Positions 13,769-26,335 of a stretch of DNA of 64,000 bases are shown here, piece by piece. A program made the position numbers and the translations under genes. A model generated the notes under the pieces. It searched no databases and was not told the origin of the DNA. It was given only the letters and a program-made list of their open reading frames with translations. The number at the start of each line of letters is the position of its first letter. The stretch's first letter is position 1. Location of the stretch: the NCBI RefSeq assembly GCF_009914755.1, contig NC_060933.1; one strand, 5' to 3'. This DNA comes from the human T2T-CHM13v2.0 reference genome, Homo sapiens.

Positions 13769-14131
13769 TCACCCAACTGAGAGGTACATGGAGAAGATCA
13801 AAGAGGCCTCAGCCAGTAGTTGGGGTTTGACTGGTAGGGGTTAATGACTTTCCTGTTAAGTTTTAAACCCGGTGGTGACAGCATTTTCCTCTTTATTTTG
13901 TTTTTGGAACTCCTGTCTGGTAGGGTAGCCGGGATGCCAGTGGCAATTCCATACCAAGTATTTGGTTTTTAATCCATAGCCTTTACCCACCACCCCATGT
14001 CTCTCAAGACTCCAGGGGAAGGGAAACATCTTTTCTTTGGGGATGACCCTTCATTAGAGCAAAGAATCCACCTCTTTGGTGGTTCCGAAATGTCATGATA
14101 GAGAGTGGTTCCAGGAGGGAATGAACAAATG

Positions 14132-14497
14132 TGTGTGGCAGAGGTGATGGAGCTCAACACACATTCCATCAACTGTCCCCCATGCCCGGCCCACTATGGT
14201 TAAGCAGATCATGTGACTAGCTCTGACCAATGGGCAGGAAGTGGAAATGGCATATGTCATTTCAGGGCTAAGGCATAGAAGAGTTGGTGTGTGACCCTTA
14301 ATAGCTGTCTATTCTCTTCCTGTGGGGTCTGGAGATGCTTGACATGATAGGGCCTGATTTCTATAAAGCAAAACTCCTCTCCCTGCCATACCTCTGAAGA
14401 TACAGCAGAGTGAGAAACAAACTTGTGCATGTTAAGCCATCTAGATTTCAGAGACCATTTGTTACCACTGCATAGCCTAACCTACCCTGATTGATAC
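14132..14497 (+). mobile_element. MLT1J-like MaLR LTR
   Basis: tgtggcagagg...catgtgactagctctgaccaatg...gagtgagaaacaaactt...gttaagcca...tttgttaccactgcatagcctaacctaccctgattgataca. Confidence 0.85.
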
Positions 14498-14787
14498 AAC
14501 ATGTATTTTAAGTATATCTTATTTAAACAATTACATTTGAAAGTATTTTAAACATTCTGATGTATGCATTGTATTGCATATATGTAAAATATAAGATTAG
14601 AAAGTTTTGATAGATAAAATTCTTCGGTGCAGCAAACAAAACACAGATTCGCATCTCTTTTTGTTTTTATGGTCTTTTAGATTTTGCATGTATTAAACAC
14701 AAGATGCTAAGATTGTTACCCAATGTGGGCAGTGGGTTTAGAAGTGTGTAAATCAAATTTTCTTGGCAGTGAGTGAATGAAGCCTGA

Positions 14788-15132
<345 letters not shown>

Positions 15133-17192
15133 CAGGATCACACTCTTAAAGGAGGCTTAATTCTTTCTCCACGATCCTTCCTCATTCAATCCCACACTAG
15201 TCTATCCCCTTCTGAACTGCTATAGCAGCGGTTGTCTTTGCTTCACGTTAATTATAGTCTGTCTTACATCTGTCCATTCATTCTAGAAATATTTGCTGAG
15301 CCCCTAGGATGGAATTCCATGCTGGATTCTGGGAACACAGAGACCAGAGCCAGCCCTGAAAGACCTCACAATCTAAGAAGGTCACTTATAGTCTACTCAG
15401 AGTTTCCAAGTTGTTAGTTTTGCCCTTTATCACTTCCTCCTTAGAGGGAAGGAATTTTGTCTTTGGGTTCCCATTTATCATCCTCATGCAAGGTTACTGC
15501 TGGCAATGCGGAGACTGCTTCAGAGATGGCTGATGCCGTGTGTGTTGGGCACACTGATCAGCCAGTGTGTCTGTCTTCATATTTATTGAAATCTATTCCC
15601 AAAGTAAAATGGTTCTCCTGGTTTTAGATCCATTCTCCATACTCAATCACTACAGCCTGCTTTGGGTTGCTTCATGTTATATGCTTCTGGAAAAGTCGTC
15701 ATCATTTTCCATCCATACCACTTGGAGACAGCCAGGTTTTGCACTGGAGAGTGAGCAGCCGTAGAAGCGTTGCTCATGGTGGTGAAAGTAAAGGCTGTGA
15801 GATGGCAAAGCACCCGGCAGAAATCTGACTTGCTCATGAACATGCTCTCTTAAAGTGCTATTAACATGAAGCAGGCATTTCGTGGGAAGGCCATTGCAAG
15901 CATCTCCCTTTTGCCCATCACTGACACTCAACTTGAAGTATCCTCCTTCCATATGCAAGTCAAAGCAAGACTTTTCCAAGTGTCAGCACCACAAGCTCAA
16001 GCTAGTTCTTGGCAGTGATCTGGGTTTCCTTTTGCCCCTGGCAGAGTATTAGCAACCAAAGCACAGCTAAGGAGCAGAGCTGCACCAATGGACTGGGTGT
16101 GAGAGATCACCTTGGTGCCAGCCTGCCCAACCCTCTGAAACTCACCTGCCCCTGGTTTCCAGGGGCTCAGGGTATGCAGTCAGAAATGACACAATTATAG
16201 CCTCTTTTTTTTTTTTTTTTGCTTCTTTTTTTTTTTTTGTAGGGCAAAGGGCCAGCTTGTTCCCTCTGCAACTGGATGAGCTGAATTGGCAGCAGACAAC
16301 CAGCGTTTCTCAGGAAGCTGTACCAACAAGATGCAAAAGGGAGAGGTGGAGCAGAGGAGGGCAGTTCATGAGCTGATTGTGCTAAGCCCTGTCAAATAAT
16401 CCTTTAGAAACCCGATGGTAATCAATGCCACCCAAGGGCACCACATGTGCCAATAAAAACCTCTTGCATTTTGGCTAAATGTGGCTCGAGATTAGCATTG
16501 GGTGAGAATATCTGTTGTTTGCAGGCACTCCAGACTGCTGAATTCCAAAGTGACTCTTTTGATATTGATAAATAATGTGGCACACGATTCCTCCCCCATC
16601 CCAATAGAAATTGTGCAAATCCTTAATTATGAGGGCACTTTCTCAAGGGCACATTAGAATATCAGGCTAAATTGAGTTGTTATCTTCGCCTTTGCCAGGG
16701 CTTTCAAAAAACTGCACAGCAAGCTGCCCTTAGAAGTTTTCTCTTTTGTTTGCAAATCATCAGTTCAATTTGGACTAAGCTTTCCAGGAATTAAAAAGAA
16801 AGAAAAAGTGCAGAAAAAATTACATAGAGTGAGCCTTCTAAAGTAGGTTTTGTTTTTTTCTTTTTTTTCTTTTGGTGAACGGGTCACAAGATTGCAATTC
16901 TAAACAATCTCACAATTAATTCTTGAGCTATGCAGTCCAATTAGAACAAACGCTTCCTTTCTGATTTAATTAGAGATGAGGACACGCCTGTGAGCTTATT
17001 TGTATAAAATACGTGCTCATTAAACAAGGTTTGGATCAGGTTCAGCTTGTTAGAAATGCCATGAAAAGGAGGCTGTCTCTCACTGTCTCTGGCTTCTTTA
17101 ACCCCTTTAATGCCGAGAATGAGCTTCACAGGTGTGGCGAATATAAAGCGTCTCTTTGCTGAAACCTGGTGAACTTGAAAGAGGTGGTTTGT

Positions 17193-17412
<220 letters not shown>

Positions 17413-17573
17413 AAAGGTGGTGTGTTTGTTGATCCGCCCATCTACTCATCTTCTGACATTTAGCGTCTTCTTTTCCCTTCCCCAGGCCACTGTAGGCAGA
17501 AAATCAAGTTGGGAGTCTGAGGAAAGCTACTCTAATCATAGAAAAATTCTTGTATTATTTGTGTTTCTCAAAT

Positions 17574-17737
17574 CTCACTACTCAGAGTGGGAGCCGCGGA
17601 CCAGCAGCAGTAGCAGCAATGCCTGGGAGCTTGCTAGAAACACAGAATGTCACTCCCCACCCCAGACTAATGAGAATCTGCGTCTTGACAAGATCCCTGG
17701 CTGATGCCTGTACAGCTTTACAGTTTGAAGAGCACTG
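17574..17737. mobile_element. MER5A (hAT-Charlie MITE)
   Basis: ctactcagagtg...ggaccagcagcag...cctgggagcttgctagaaa...aacaagatcc-like...agtttgaagagcactg. Confidence 0.85.
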
Positions 17738-19229
17738 GTCTAAAGGCAACAAATCATGAAGATTTTATTTCAAAAATCCAAGGGCCCTTGGGACCCCAGA
17801 GAATGCCACTTCACTTGAATAAAACCAGACCTGGGTGCCCTCTCTACCACGGGGGAATTGCCACTTTGACCCTCCTGAACACTCTACTTAAGACTCAGGT
17901 GTGTCCCTCTTGTCTCATCCTTCAGTGAGCCCCCACGACTGGAAGCGCCCGTGGGCAAGGACACAGGTCACGGGGCAACCTCTGCCCTCATGTGTGCCTC
18001 TCATCTCTCGCTCATGCCTTCAGCACAGAACTGAGCATTTGCTGTCCATCAGGCCCTGGGGTGGCTCTCTGGCTACAGAGAGAAAGGAAGATTCCTGCCC
18101 TGGAGGGGCTCCCACTCTATGGGCTGATGCTGGAGGGAGAGAGATGACAGTAGCTGGTGAGTGGGAGAAGTCTTTAGACTCTCAGGCCCCACGTGCCATC
18201 ACTGACAGGCTGCTCATGACAGCCAACATCAGAAAGCCAAATGTCCTGGGAGTAGGAATCTCTGTCTTCCCGGGGAAGGCTCCATCCATGCAGTATCTGT
18301 CACGTGCAAAGAGACAGCTTCCAAGACACAGCGTGTGCACGTGGTATTGAACATTAAAGAGAACGTAGGCTGCCGAGTGTGCTGTGTGCCATCTTGATGT
18401 GTTATTCTCCTCCAAAAGAGTTTGTCTTTTTTTTTTTTTTTCATTTATTTTCTCAGAAAGCGAAACTCGCATCCAGGAAAACGACAGCATCAGGAGAGTG
18501 ACTCAGTGTTCTCTCATGTTGCTCAGTCCTCGCACTTTCTTCAAGCAGCCTGGTGGGGAGAAAATATTGACAAGTTTCTGTCTCACTGCTTGGTGCCTAC
18601 AATAGCACTGAGCAGGCCATAGCAGATTTAAAATTTCTATCCTTCCATCCCAGACTCAAACTAATGTCACTGCTAACTAGGGGACATTAAAGGAGCCCAA
18701 ACCAGCAGGTAAATTGTCATCAGTGATCCTTGAGGCTGGCCCTGGTCTGACCTGGTGCCCTGCATACCATGATTGCCCTGGTGATGGGCTCAGCCCTGCC
18801 ACCTTCACCACTCCGTCTTAATGATGGACAGTACCACAGGCAGCTCCAAACAGCCTCAGCTGCTGCATCCCCAACCCTCAGCTCCAGCCTGCATGTAGAA
18901 CTGCCCTGGCTTCCCCATTCCTGCTCCCTTGGACCTTTCGCTGGTAAAACAGGAGACTGGAGAAAGACCTGGGGAGGGGAATGGGGAAAAAAGCCTCACT
19001 CCAAGTCAGTATGACTTCCTTAAGATGACGATGATCGCATTGTAAACCAGCTCATCAACATCTAACAGGGATGGGATGGTGGAAGGAGATTTGGGGGAGG
19101 AAGATTCAGCTGAGATGAGAATAAATCTGGAAACATCAAGAATAGGGAGCTGGGATCAGGTAATTACGTGGTCTGCTAGGAACCTTAAACATAATTTTGA
19201 AAAGTTCAGTTGGAGTTCTAGTCTAAGCC

Positions 19230-19603
19230 TTTTAAAATAAGTTTACTATTTTTGAAAATCACTCAAGCAAAAGGTGTTCCTTGTTTTAAAATAAAATAAA
19301 AATTTAAGTGATTAAACATTACTCAACTATCACTCTTAACACTTTTGTATATTATATCCTTCTACAATTTATGTATATAAAGACAAATAGAAATAGAGAA
19401 TTATAGATCTGGATACAGCATGAGATGGAATCGTACTGCACATATTAGCTTGTATGTGCTATTTAGTTAATCCTATAATCATGAAAATCTTCTATAATAT
19501 CATTGTAAATGACTGCATAGTTTTACACTGGTATGTACACTATAGTTTTTGCAGCTGACTTGCTGTTATTGGATATTTAGGTTGTTTCTGTTTCTCTACC
19601 TAC

Positions 19604-19654
<51 letters not shown>

Positions 19655-19688
19655 ATCTCTTATCTATCATCTTATCTATCTATCTATC

Positions 19689-19734
<46 letters not shown>

Positions 19735-19950
19735 GTTTTACTAGCCTAAAGAGTATTAAACTCTTTTCTTATAGTTAAATCTTTGTGTACATCCTCAACT
19801 ATTTCCTCAGAATAAACACATAAATATATAATTGCCTGGTTAGAAAGAATTTGCATTTTAGGAATTTTGAAGTATATTGCCAAGTCGTCTTCCAGAAAGC
19901 TTGGACCAATTTGTAGTCTTGTGAGAAATATCTTTCTCACTCTAACCAGT
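19230..19950 (-). mobile_element. Old L1 (L1ME-like) 3' fragments
   Basis: gactgcatag, gttattggatatttaggttgtttc, aaatctttgtgtacatc, attgccaagtcgtcttccagaaag typical of antisense L1M. Confidence 0.65.
19604..19732. repeat. Compound (ATCT)n / GATA tetranucleotide STR
   Basis: (ATCT)12 at 19604-19651, interrupted core, (ATCT)11 at 19689-19732. Confidence 0.98.
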
Positions 19951-20605
19951 GGTTTTTGGGAGAAAAATTCCCACTGTGTTTTAAGGCAAACAATTGGATT
20001 TAACTTTTATCAAAGTTCCACCAAGAATCATTCTTGAATTCTCTTTCAATCATGCATAACATAAAATCTGAGTCTCCAAGAGCCTGGGATCCAGAAGAAG
20101 GCATCTCAAAGACTGGCTCTCATTGCCTCCTATGTGCTTGAGGGGGTGAATTAGAAAGTGAGAACCCTGGGCACTGCAGCCAGAGAGGCCACTGCACTGG
20201 TGCCTGGATGAGGGACACTGTGCCAACCGACTGCTGCTACCATCTCATTGCAGAGACTGTGTGTGCTGCCACAGAGAGTGTCACAGCTACTGGGAAGCAA
20301 GAAAAAGTCCGCCATATGTAAAGAAATAAAATAAACAGGGAAGAGGATCAACCTGAGCAATCAGGGCTGTGGCTCCCCAGAGTGGAAGAGACAAAAGGGT
20401 ACTTTAGTTAAAAAAAACAAAAAACAAACAAACAAAAAAAACAAACAAAAAAACACCTCTCAAAGAGATGCATTCACAGAACCCCTAAAAGGAATTTTAA
20501 AACTAAAATACATGTTTGCAAGTTAAAACGTTTAATAGGAGAAATGTAAAGACAATAATCATGGCCAATAATTAAATATCTTGTAATAAAAAATGCAAAT
20601 GAAGA

Positions 20606-20655
20606 AAAGGAAAAAAGGAAGGAAGGAGGGAAGGAGGGAAGGAAGGAAGGAAAAA
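20606..20655. repeat. Imperfect (GGAA)n purine tract
   Basis: aaggaaaaaaggaaggaaggagggaaggagggaaggaaggaagg. Confidence 0.85.
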
Positions 20656-20880
20656 AGAAAGCAATGAGGAAAACTGTAAGAGAGTTGGAGACTCAAGAAA
20701 ATATTTTATGCAATAGTGAGGAATTTCAACAGAAAAAAAGAATAAAGAAGTAATACAAAATTCATAAAAGAAAACATGAACTGAAGAAAACCTCCATTTT
20801 AAAATTGAAAGATCTTGGCAAGTGCCATGCATGATTAATAATAACATTAATGATGATAATAATAATAATATAGACCAGAC

Positions 20881-21083
20881 CAGAGCTGGCCAATAGAACT
20901 TCCTGCAGTGGTGAAAATGTTCTGTGTAGTTCAGTATGGCAGCCACCAGCCACATGGGCTATTGATCACTTGAAATGACTGGTATGACGAAGAAACTGAC
21001 TTTTAAATTTTACTTAGTTTTAATTTATTAACATTCGCATTTAAATAGTCATATGTGGCTAGTCATTATCACATTGGACATCA
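20881..21083 (+). mobile_element. MER3 (hAT-Charlie)
   Basis: cagagctggccaatagaacttcctgcagtggtgaaaatgttct...gcagccaccagccacatgggctattg...attggacatcag. Confidence 0.88.
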
Positions 21084-21143
21084 GATCTAGACATTTCCTG
21101 GTGAAATTTCTTAAATATAAGCATTGAAGTAAAAGCTTATAAA

Positions 21144-21706
21144 CTTGTGGGCTTTCGTATTCAAGAGGGGATACATTCCAAGACCCCCAGTGGATGCCTG
21201 ATTCAGTGGATAGTATATTATGTTTTTTCTTATACATACACACAATAAAGTTTATTTTGTAAATTAGTCATAGTAAGGCATCAACAAAAAATACAGACAA
21301 TAAAATAGAACAATGATAACAACATGCCAGCATCACTACTCTTGTGCTTCGAGGCCCTTATTTAGTTAAGATACGGGTTACTTGAGAACAAGCACTACGA
21401 TACCACAGCAGTTGATCTGATAACTGAGAGGGCTACTAAGCCATTAAAGGGTGGGTAACCATCCAGCGAAGATACACCAAATAATTCACATCCTGGCGGG
21501 AGGAGGAGGACTGCGTGAGATTTCATCACCATACTCAGAACAGTGCACAAAACTTACAAATTGTTAAGTATAACGGTGTAACAAAACTTACAAATTGTTA
21601 ATTTCTGGAATTTCCTACTTAATATTTTTAGACCTCAGTTGACCGCAGTTGATGGCAGGTAACCGAAACCTCAGAAAGTGAAACCAAGGATACAGGAGGA
21701 CTACTG
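21144..21706 (-). mobile_element. MER44 (TcMar-Tigger)
   Basis: gatacattccaagacccccagtggatgcctga...gagatttcatcac...ggtaaccgaaacc...ggaggactactg matches reverse-complemented MER44. Confidence 0.85.
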
Positions 21707-21805
21707 TGTAGAAAATCAGATTTGTATTGGACTTCTTATCTGAAACACTGAAGGTTAAAATAAATAGAAGAATTTACAAACTGTTAATAGAAAACACTGA
21801 TTGGA

Positions 21806-22118
21806 GGCGGGTCATGGTGGCTCACACCTGTAATTGCAGCAGTTTGGGAGGCTGAGGCAGGCAGATCACTTGAGCTCAGGAGTTCCAGGCCAGCCTGGGC
21901 AACATAGTGAAACCCCATCTCCACAAAAAATATACACATTCGCTGAGCATGGTGGCACTTGTCTGTGGTCTCGGCTACTCTGGAGGCAGAAGTGGAAGGG
22001 TTGCTTGAGCTTGGAAGATCGAGGCTGCACTGTGATCGAGAGCTGTGATCATGCCACTGCACTCCAACCTGGGCAAGAGAGTGAGACCCTGTCTCAAGAA
22101 AAGAAAAGAAAGAAAAAT
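21806..22118 (+). mobile_element. AluJ
   Basis: Diverged dimeric Alu with J features (cacttgagctcaggagttc, gaggctgca, gagaccctgtctc), GAAAA tail. Confidence 0.93.
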
Positions 22119-22753
22119 GTAGATAAAGAACAACACAGTAGAGCAAAAGGGGTTATAAGTAAAGGATTAATAAAAATAAAACTTGAAATTAATGTAATAT
22201 AAAAGATAAAACAGAAAAATAAAATAAAAATTTAGTTTTTTAAAAGATAAAATAGATAAAATACTAGACTGGTAGGTAAAACAGATAGAAAACAAAAAAT
22301 ATAACATTAAGTATGAAAAATGAGGCATAACTATGGATACTAAATAAGAAAAAACTGTGTTTATGCAACTCTACAATAATACATTTGAAAAATATTAAAG
22401 TTGATGATTTTCTAACAAAAGATGAAGCAACAAAATTGGCTCAATGGTGTTAGGAAAAGAAACAAAAATATTCTCAGTTCTGAGGATTTTCACAGCTAAC
22501 ATCCATCTTATATTCAAAGAATAGCTAATTCTTAGGTTTTTAAAAATTTTCTTGTCTATAGAAAGTTATAATTTCTTCAATTTATTTCAAATCTATTACA
22601 GTCTTAATATCAAAATTTGAGAAGGGTAGCACTGAAACAAAGACTATAGAACAATAAACCTATGAATAAAGTGACAGATTTTAAATAAGAAATTGGCAAA
22701 TATAATCCAGCAAGACAGTAGAAGAATGACAATTACAGCATGACCCAGTAGGG

Positions 22754-23127
22754 TGTATTAGTCTGTTTTCATGCTGCTGATAAAAATATATTCAAGACTG
22801 GGTAATTTATAAAGGAAAAGAGGTTTAATGGACTCACAGTTCCACATGGCTGGGGAGGCCTCACAATCATGGTGGAAGGTGAAAGGCACATCTTACATGG
22901 TGGGAGCAAAAGGAAAATGAGAGACAAAGAAAAGGGATTTCCCCTTACATATAAAATATATATAGCCATCAGATCTAGAGAGACTTATTCACTACCACGA
23001 GAACAGTATGGGGAAACCACACCTATGAATCAATGATCTCTCACTGGGTCCCTCCCACAACATGTGGGAATTATGGGAGCTACAGTTCAAGATGAGATTT
23101 GAGTAGGGACACAGCCAAACCCTATCT
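22754..23127 (-). mobile_element. THE1B/C solo LTR
   Basis: tgtattagtctgttttcatgctgctgataaa...ggactcacagttccacatggctggggaggcctcacaatc...gggacacagccaaacc; TSD taggg at 22749-22753 and 23128-23132. Confidence 0.95.
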
Positions 23128-24687
23128 TAGGGTTTATAATTGAAAGAACAGTTCACCATTAGAAAATCCAGAAACATAATTATTAATTTAATTAAAGGAG
23201 AAAAACAAAATAATTGTATCAGTAGATTCTAAAGAAGAACTTGATAACATTTTGAAGACGTTCTTCATCAAAACTCTGCCTCAGCTCAGACAGAGGTAAA
23301 CAGTAAAACAGAGACATCCTAAAGACTATGAGAAACACATTAAAATGCTTTAACTGTTTTTATTAAATCAAAGATAAGAGTGGGTGCCCTATTATTTCAC
23401 ATAATTTGAAGGTTCTAGCAAGATACATTATAATTAAAGTTCCTCAAAATGATCTTGTTTTCAGATAATTAATGTATTCTTAGGAAATGTGAAAGATTAT
23501 TTAAAAACCATTTAGAAGTGAGATTTTGATAAGGTATATATAGTTGTGTTTGTATACATAAACTCAAGAGTTCTTTCCCTGATATAGACATAAATGGTTA
23601 GAAAAAGGAATAGAAAAAATATCACATTTGTAATAGACACAAAAACTATGAAATCATCAGGAATGAATTTAATAACAATGAAAACTGTAAAACTTTATTG
23701 AAAGACTTAAAACAAGGTAGAAACAAATGGAGAAATACATCATGTTCCTGGAGGAGAGACTTAATATCTTAAGTCTCCTCTGTGCATGGATACATGAAAG
23801 TCATTTCCCATCAGAATCCCTCCTCTTTTTCTGTGGGGCTTTAGGAATTGGACTTCTTGATTTGAAGTATTTATGAAAGTACAAATGTGTAAGAATTTCC
23901 AATAAAAACTTGAAAAGGAGGAATAAGAAGGGGTGGCAGGGAGGATTTTGCCCAGCCAGATGTGAAAACATGCTATAAACCTGCTGGATTCAACATAGTG
24001 AAGCAATGAAATTAGGGCGAGTGAAGGCTAAACAAGCCCCCAGAGCTCGTTGGAGGAGGTAGGTTGGAGGAAAGCAAATGACAGGAGAAGGACATTACAA
24101 AGGGCTTTTCAAATTGGGGTATATGAGTATCTGTAGGGATCTGACAACTCTGTCTGCAAACCTAAAATGTGTTTTGTTTTAAATTATAATGGCAAAAAAA
24201 AAAACAACAACAACAATCTTACTCTGGGTCATCTGATCAACACCGATAGCTAAGGACTGCCACAAAATGTCTCTGCCATTTTTGCATTTACAATTAAGAT
24301 TCATTTGCAAATTGCATTGGTGGTAAGTAGCACTGATTTAATAGCCCTGTGCTAGTAAGAACAGAGGTGGATTTAAAACACAGATGAAGTGTTTAACTTG
24401 AGTGCTAAATGCCAACACACACCAAACTGCTAAACCCTGGCCGCCTTGATGGAGCAGAGAGTGACAGTGCAGCTGGATTTGAATGGGCCAGAGGAGACGC
24501 TGGCTTTATATTTATTACTGAGTCTACTGCAACAATCGCATAATGAGGTTGTTCTTTGAAAGGAGAAATCAATCGAGTCTATGTAGCTCAAGGCCTAACT
24601 ATCAAAGTGGGAGGACGTTTTATGGCTCAGTGTGATAAGTACCATAACTTAGTGATGGATTGGTTTTGGTAGTGTGCATTATGGTAT

Positions 24688-25145
24688 ATGAAAGGGGTGA
24701 GGAGTGGTGGCCCCCAAAAAGATCGGTCTAGGTCCAAATCCCTGGACCCTAAGGATACTACTTTATTTGGAAAAAGGGTCTTTGCAGATGTAATCAATTA
24801 AAGATGTTGAGATGAGATCTTCCTGGATTTCCTGGGTGGGTCCTCAGTCCCAAGACAAATGTCCTGATAAGAGATAGGCAGAGAGAGATTTGAGACATGC
24901 AGAGGAGTAGGTGATGTGAAGACAGAGGCAGAGATTAGAGTGATGCAGCCACAAGCCAAGGTATGCCTGGAGACAGAACCTGGAGGATGCGAGAAGTGGA
25001 CTTTCCATCCCTGTAGGGAACATGGCCCTGCCAATGCCTTGATTTCGGAGTTCTGGCCTTCCGAACTGAGGTAGAATACATTTCTGTTGTTTCAAGCCAG
25101 CCAGTTTGAGGAAATTTGTTACAGCAGTCACAGCAAAATAATATA
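24688..25145 (+). mobile_element. MLT1B/C MaLR LTR
   Basis: ggcccccaaaaagat...agggtctttgcagatgtaat...gatgcagccacaagccaagg...ttctggccttccgaactg...tttgttacagcag. Confidence 0.9.
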
Positions 25146-26335
25146 GGAAGGTAACTTATATTTTTCTGGAATGGTTCAGGCAGGCTTTACTAGAATTGTG
25201 GCTCTTGTAAGCTGCACCTAAAGGGGAAGTAGAAAAGGGAAGGAAGTCTACTCTGGGCAGGGAAGACAGCATGAGCAAAGGCACAGAGGCCTGAGGGGTT
25301 GGATTCACTGTGGCTGGGTGTATTTAGCAGGTGAGGTTGGGGATAAGCCGGAGGGTGAAATATCATGTTTTCTGCTGACTCTTTAGCTGAAGAAACTAAT
25401 TCACAAACAATTGAAGGATATTTCTAAGAGGACTGAGAAAATTCATGACAGAGACAGAAATCTGGTAAAATCTATCTTCAGTGTCATATTCACAAGGCAG
25501 GAAATTGCATCCCTGTAAAGCCCGAAGAAAAAGAGAACTGAGAACGGACTCCTCATATTCAAAATGCAGCAGCTTGTTGGGTCTTGAGGGCTCCCTTCAC
25601 AGCCAGTTTGCTCACATTCCTAGGCGGACGGCTTGCTCTGGTATCCACGTAATCCCTGCCAGAATGGGAAGCACCTAAGCTAGGTAGAAAACAAAATATT
25701 TTCGCCATTTGACATGATAAAGCGTGTGGCTCTTGAGTAGAAGAACTGTCGCAACCATGGGAGTGTTCTGTCCCATCTACCCACTCCATCCACCGTGGGA
25801 AACACATCTCCCCCAACCAGCACATCGAAGGTGGCCTGGACAGTGACAGAAGCCACCCCCTTTGATTTCTGTATGTGGACATGACTTGCCACCGGCGTGG
25901 ATTCCGCCTCCTGCTCAGCAGTGTTTGTGGCAGCTGAGAGTACCTTCTCCTTGATACCCTTAGGAATATCCAAGTGGGGTATTGCATACTGAGGCCAAAA
26001 ATGGATCTGCGCACATGCCAGGATCACTTGCAGATGTAGGGTTGAAAACATTTGTTTCACAGGACTGACACTATAAATAGGATTCTCGATGTGGATCAGC
26101 AGGAAGGCAGCAGTTTCCATGGGTGGCCTTGTCTCTATGGCAGAGATATTTCCCAGAAGCTCGCACCAGTGGGGCTGGCTCTGGATCCAATGAAGCTGCC
26201 GCGTCATCACTGTGACATGGCTCACAACTGCTGGGGTGCCAAGCCCTTTCCCTCACTGCTCAAAGACACATCTGGAATCATCTCCAGAAACTTCTGTGAC
26301 AGGCTGGGGGCCCTCATCCGTTGGCGGCACACCAT

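Larger units (their letters stand above)
20480..24010 (+). mobile_element. Old L1M/L1MC fragments hosting nested elements
   Basis: A-rich degenerate L1 ORF1/ORF2 signatures (cagatttgtattggacttc, catgacccagtaggg|tttat, aaactgtaaaactttattgaaagac, aacaaatggagaaatacatcatgttcctgg); boundaries approximate. Confidence 0.7.

Noticed and set aside
20606-20655. GGAA microsatellite as an EWS-FLI1 enhancer
   Set aside because: Too short and interrupted
24435-24460. CTCF site (similar partial matches near 42638 and 62146)
   Set aside because: Core spacing or key positions deviate from the consensus
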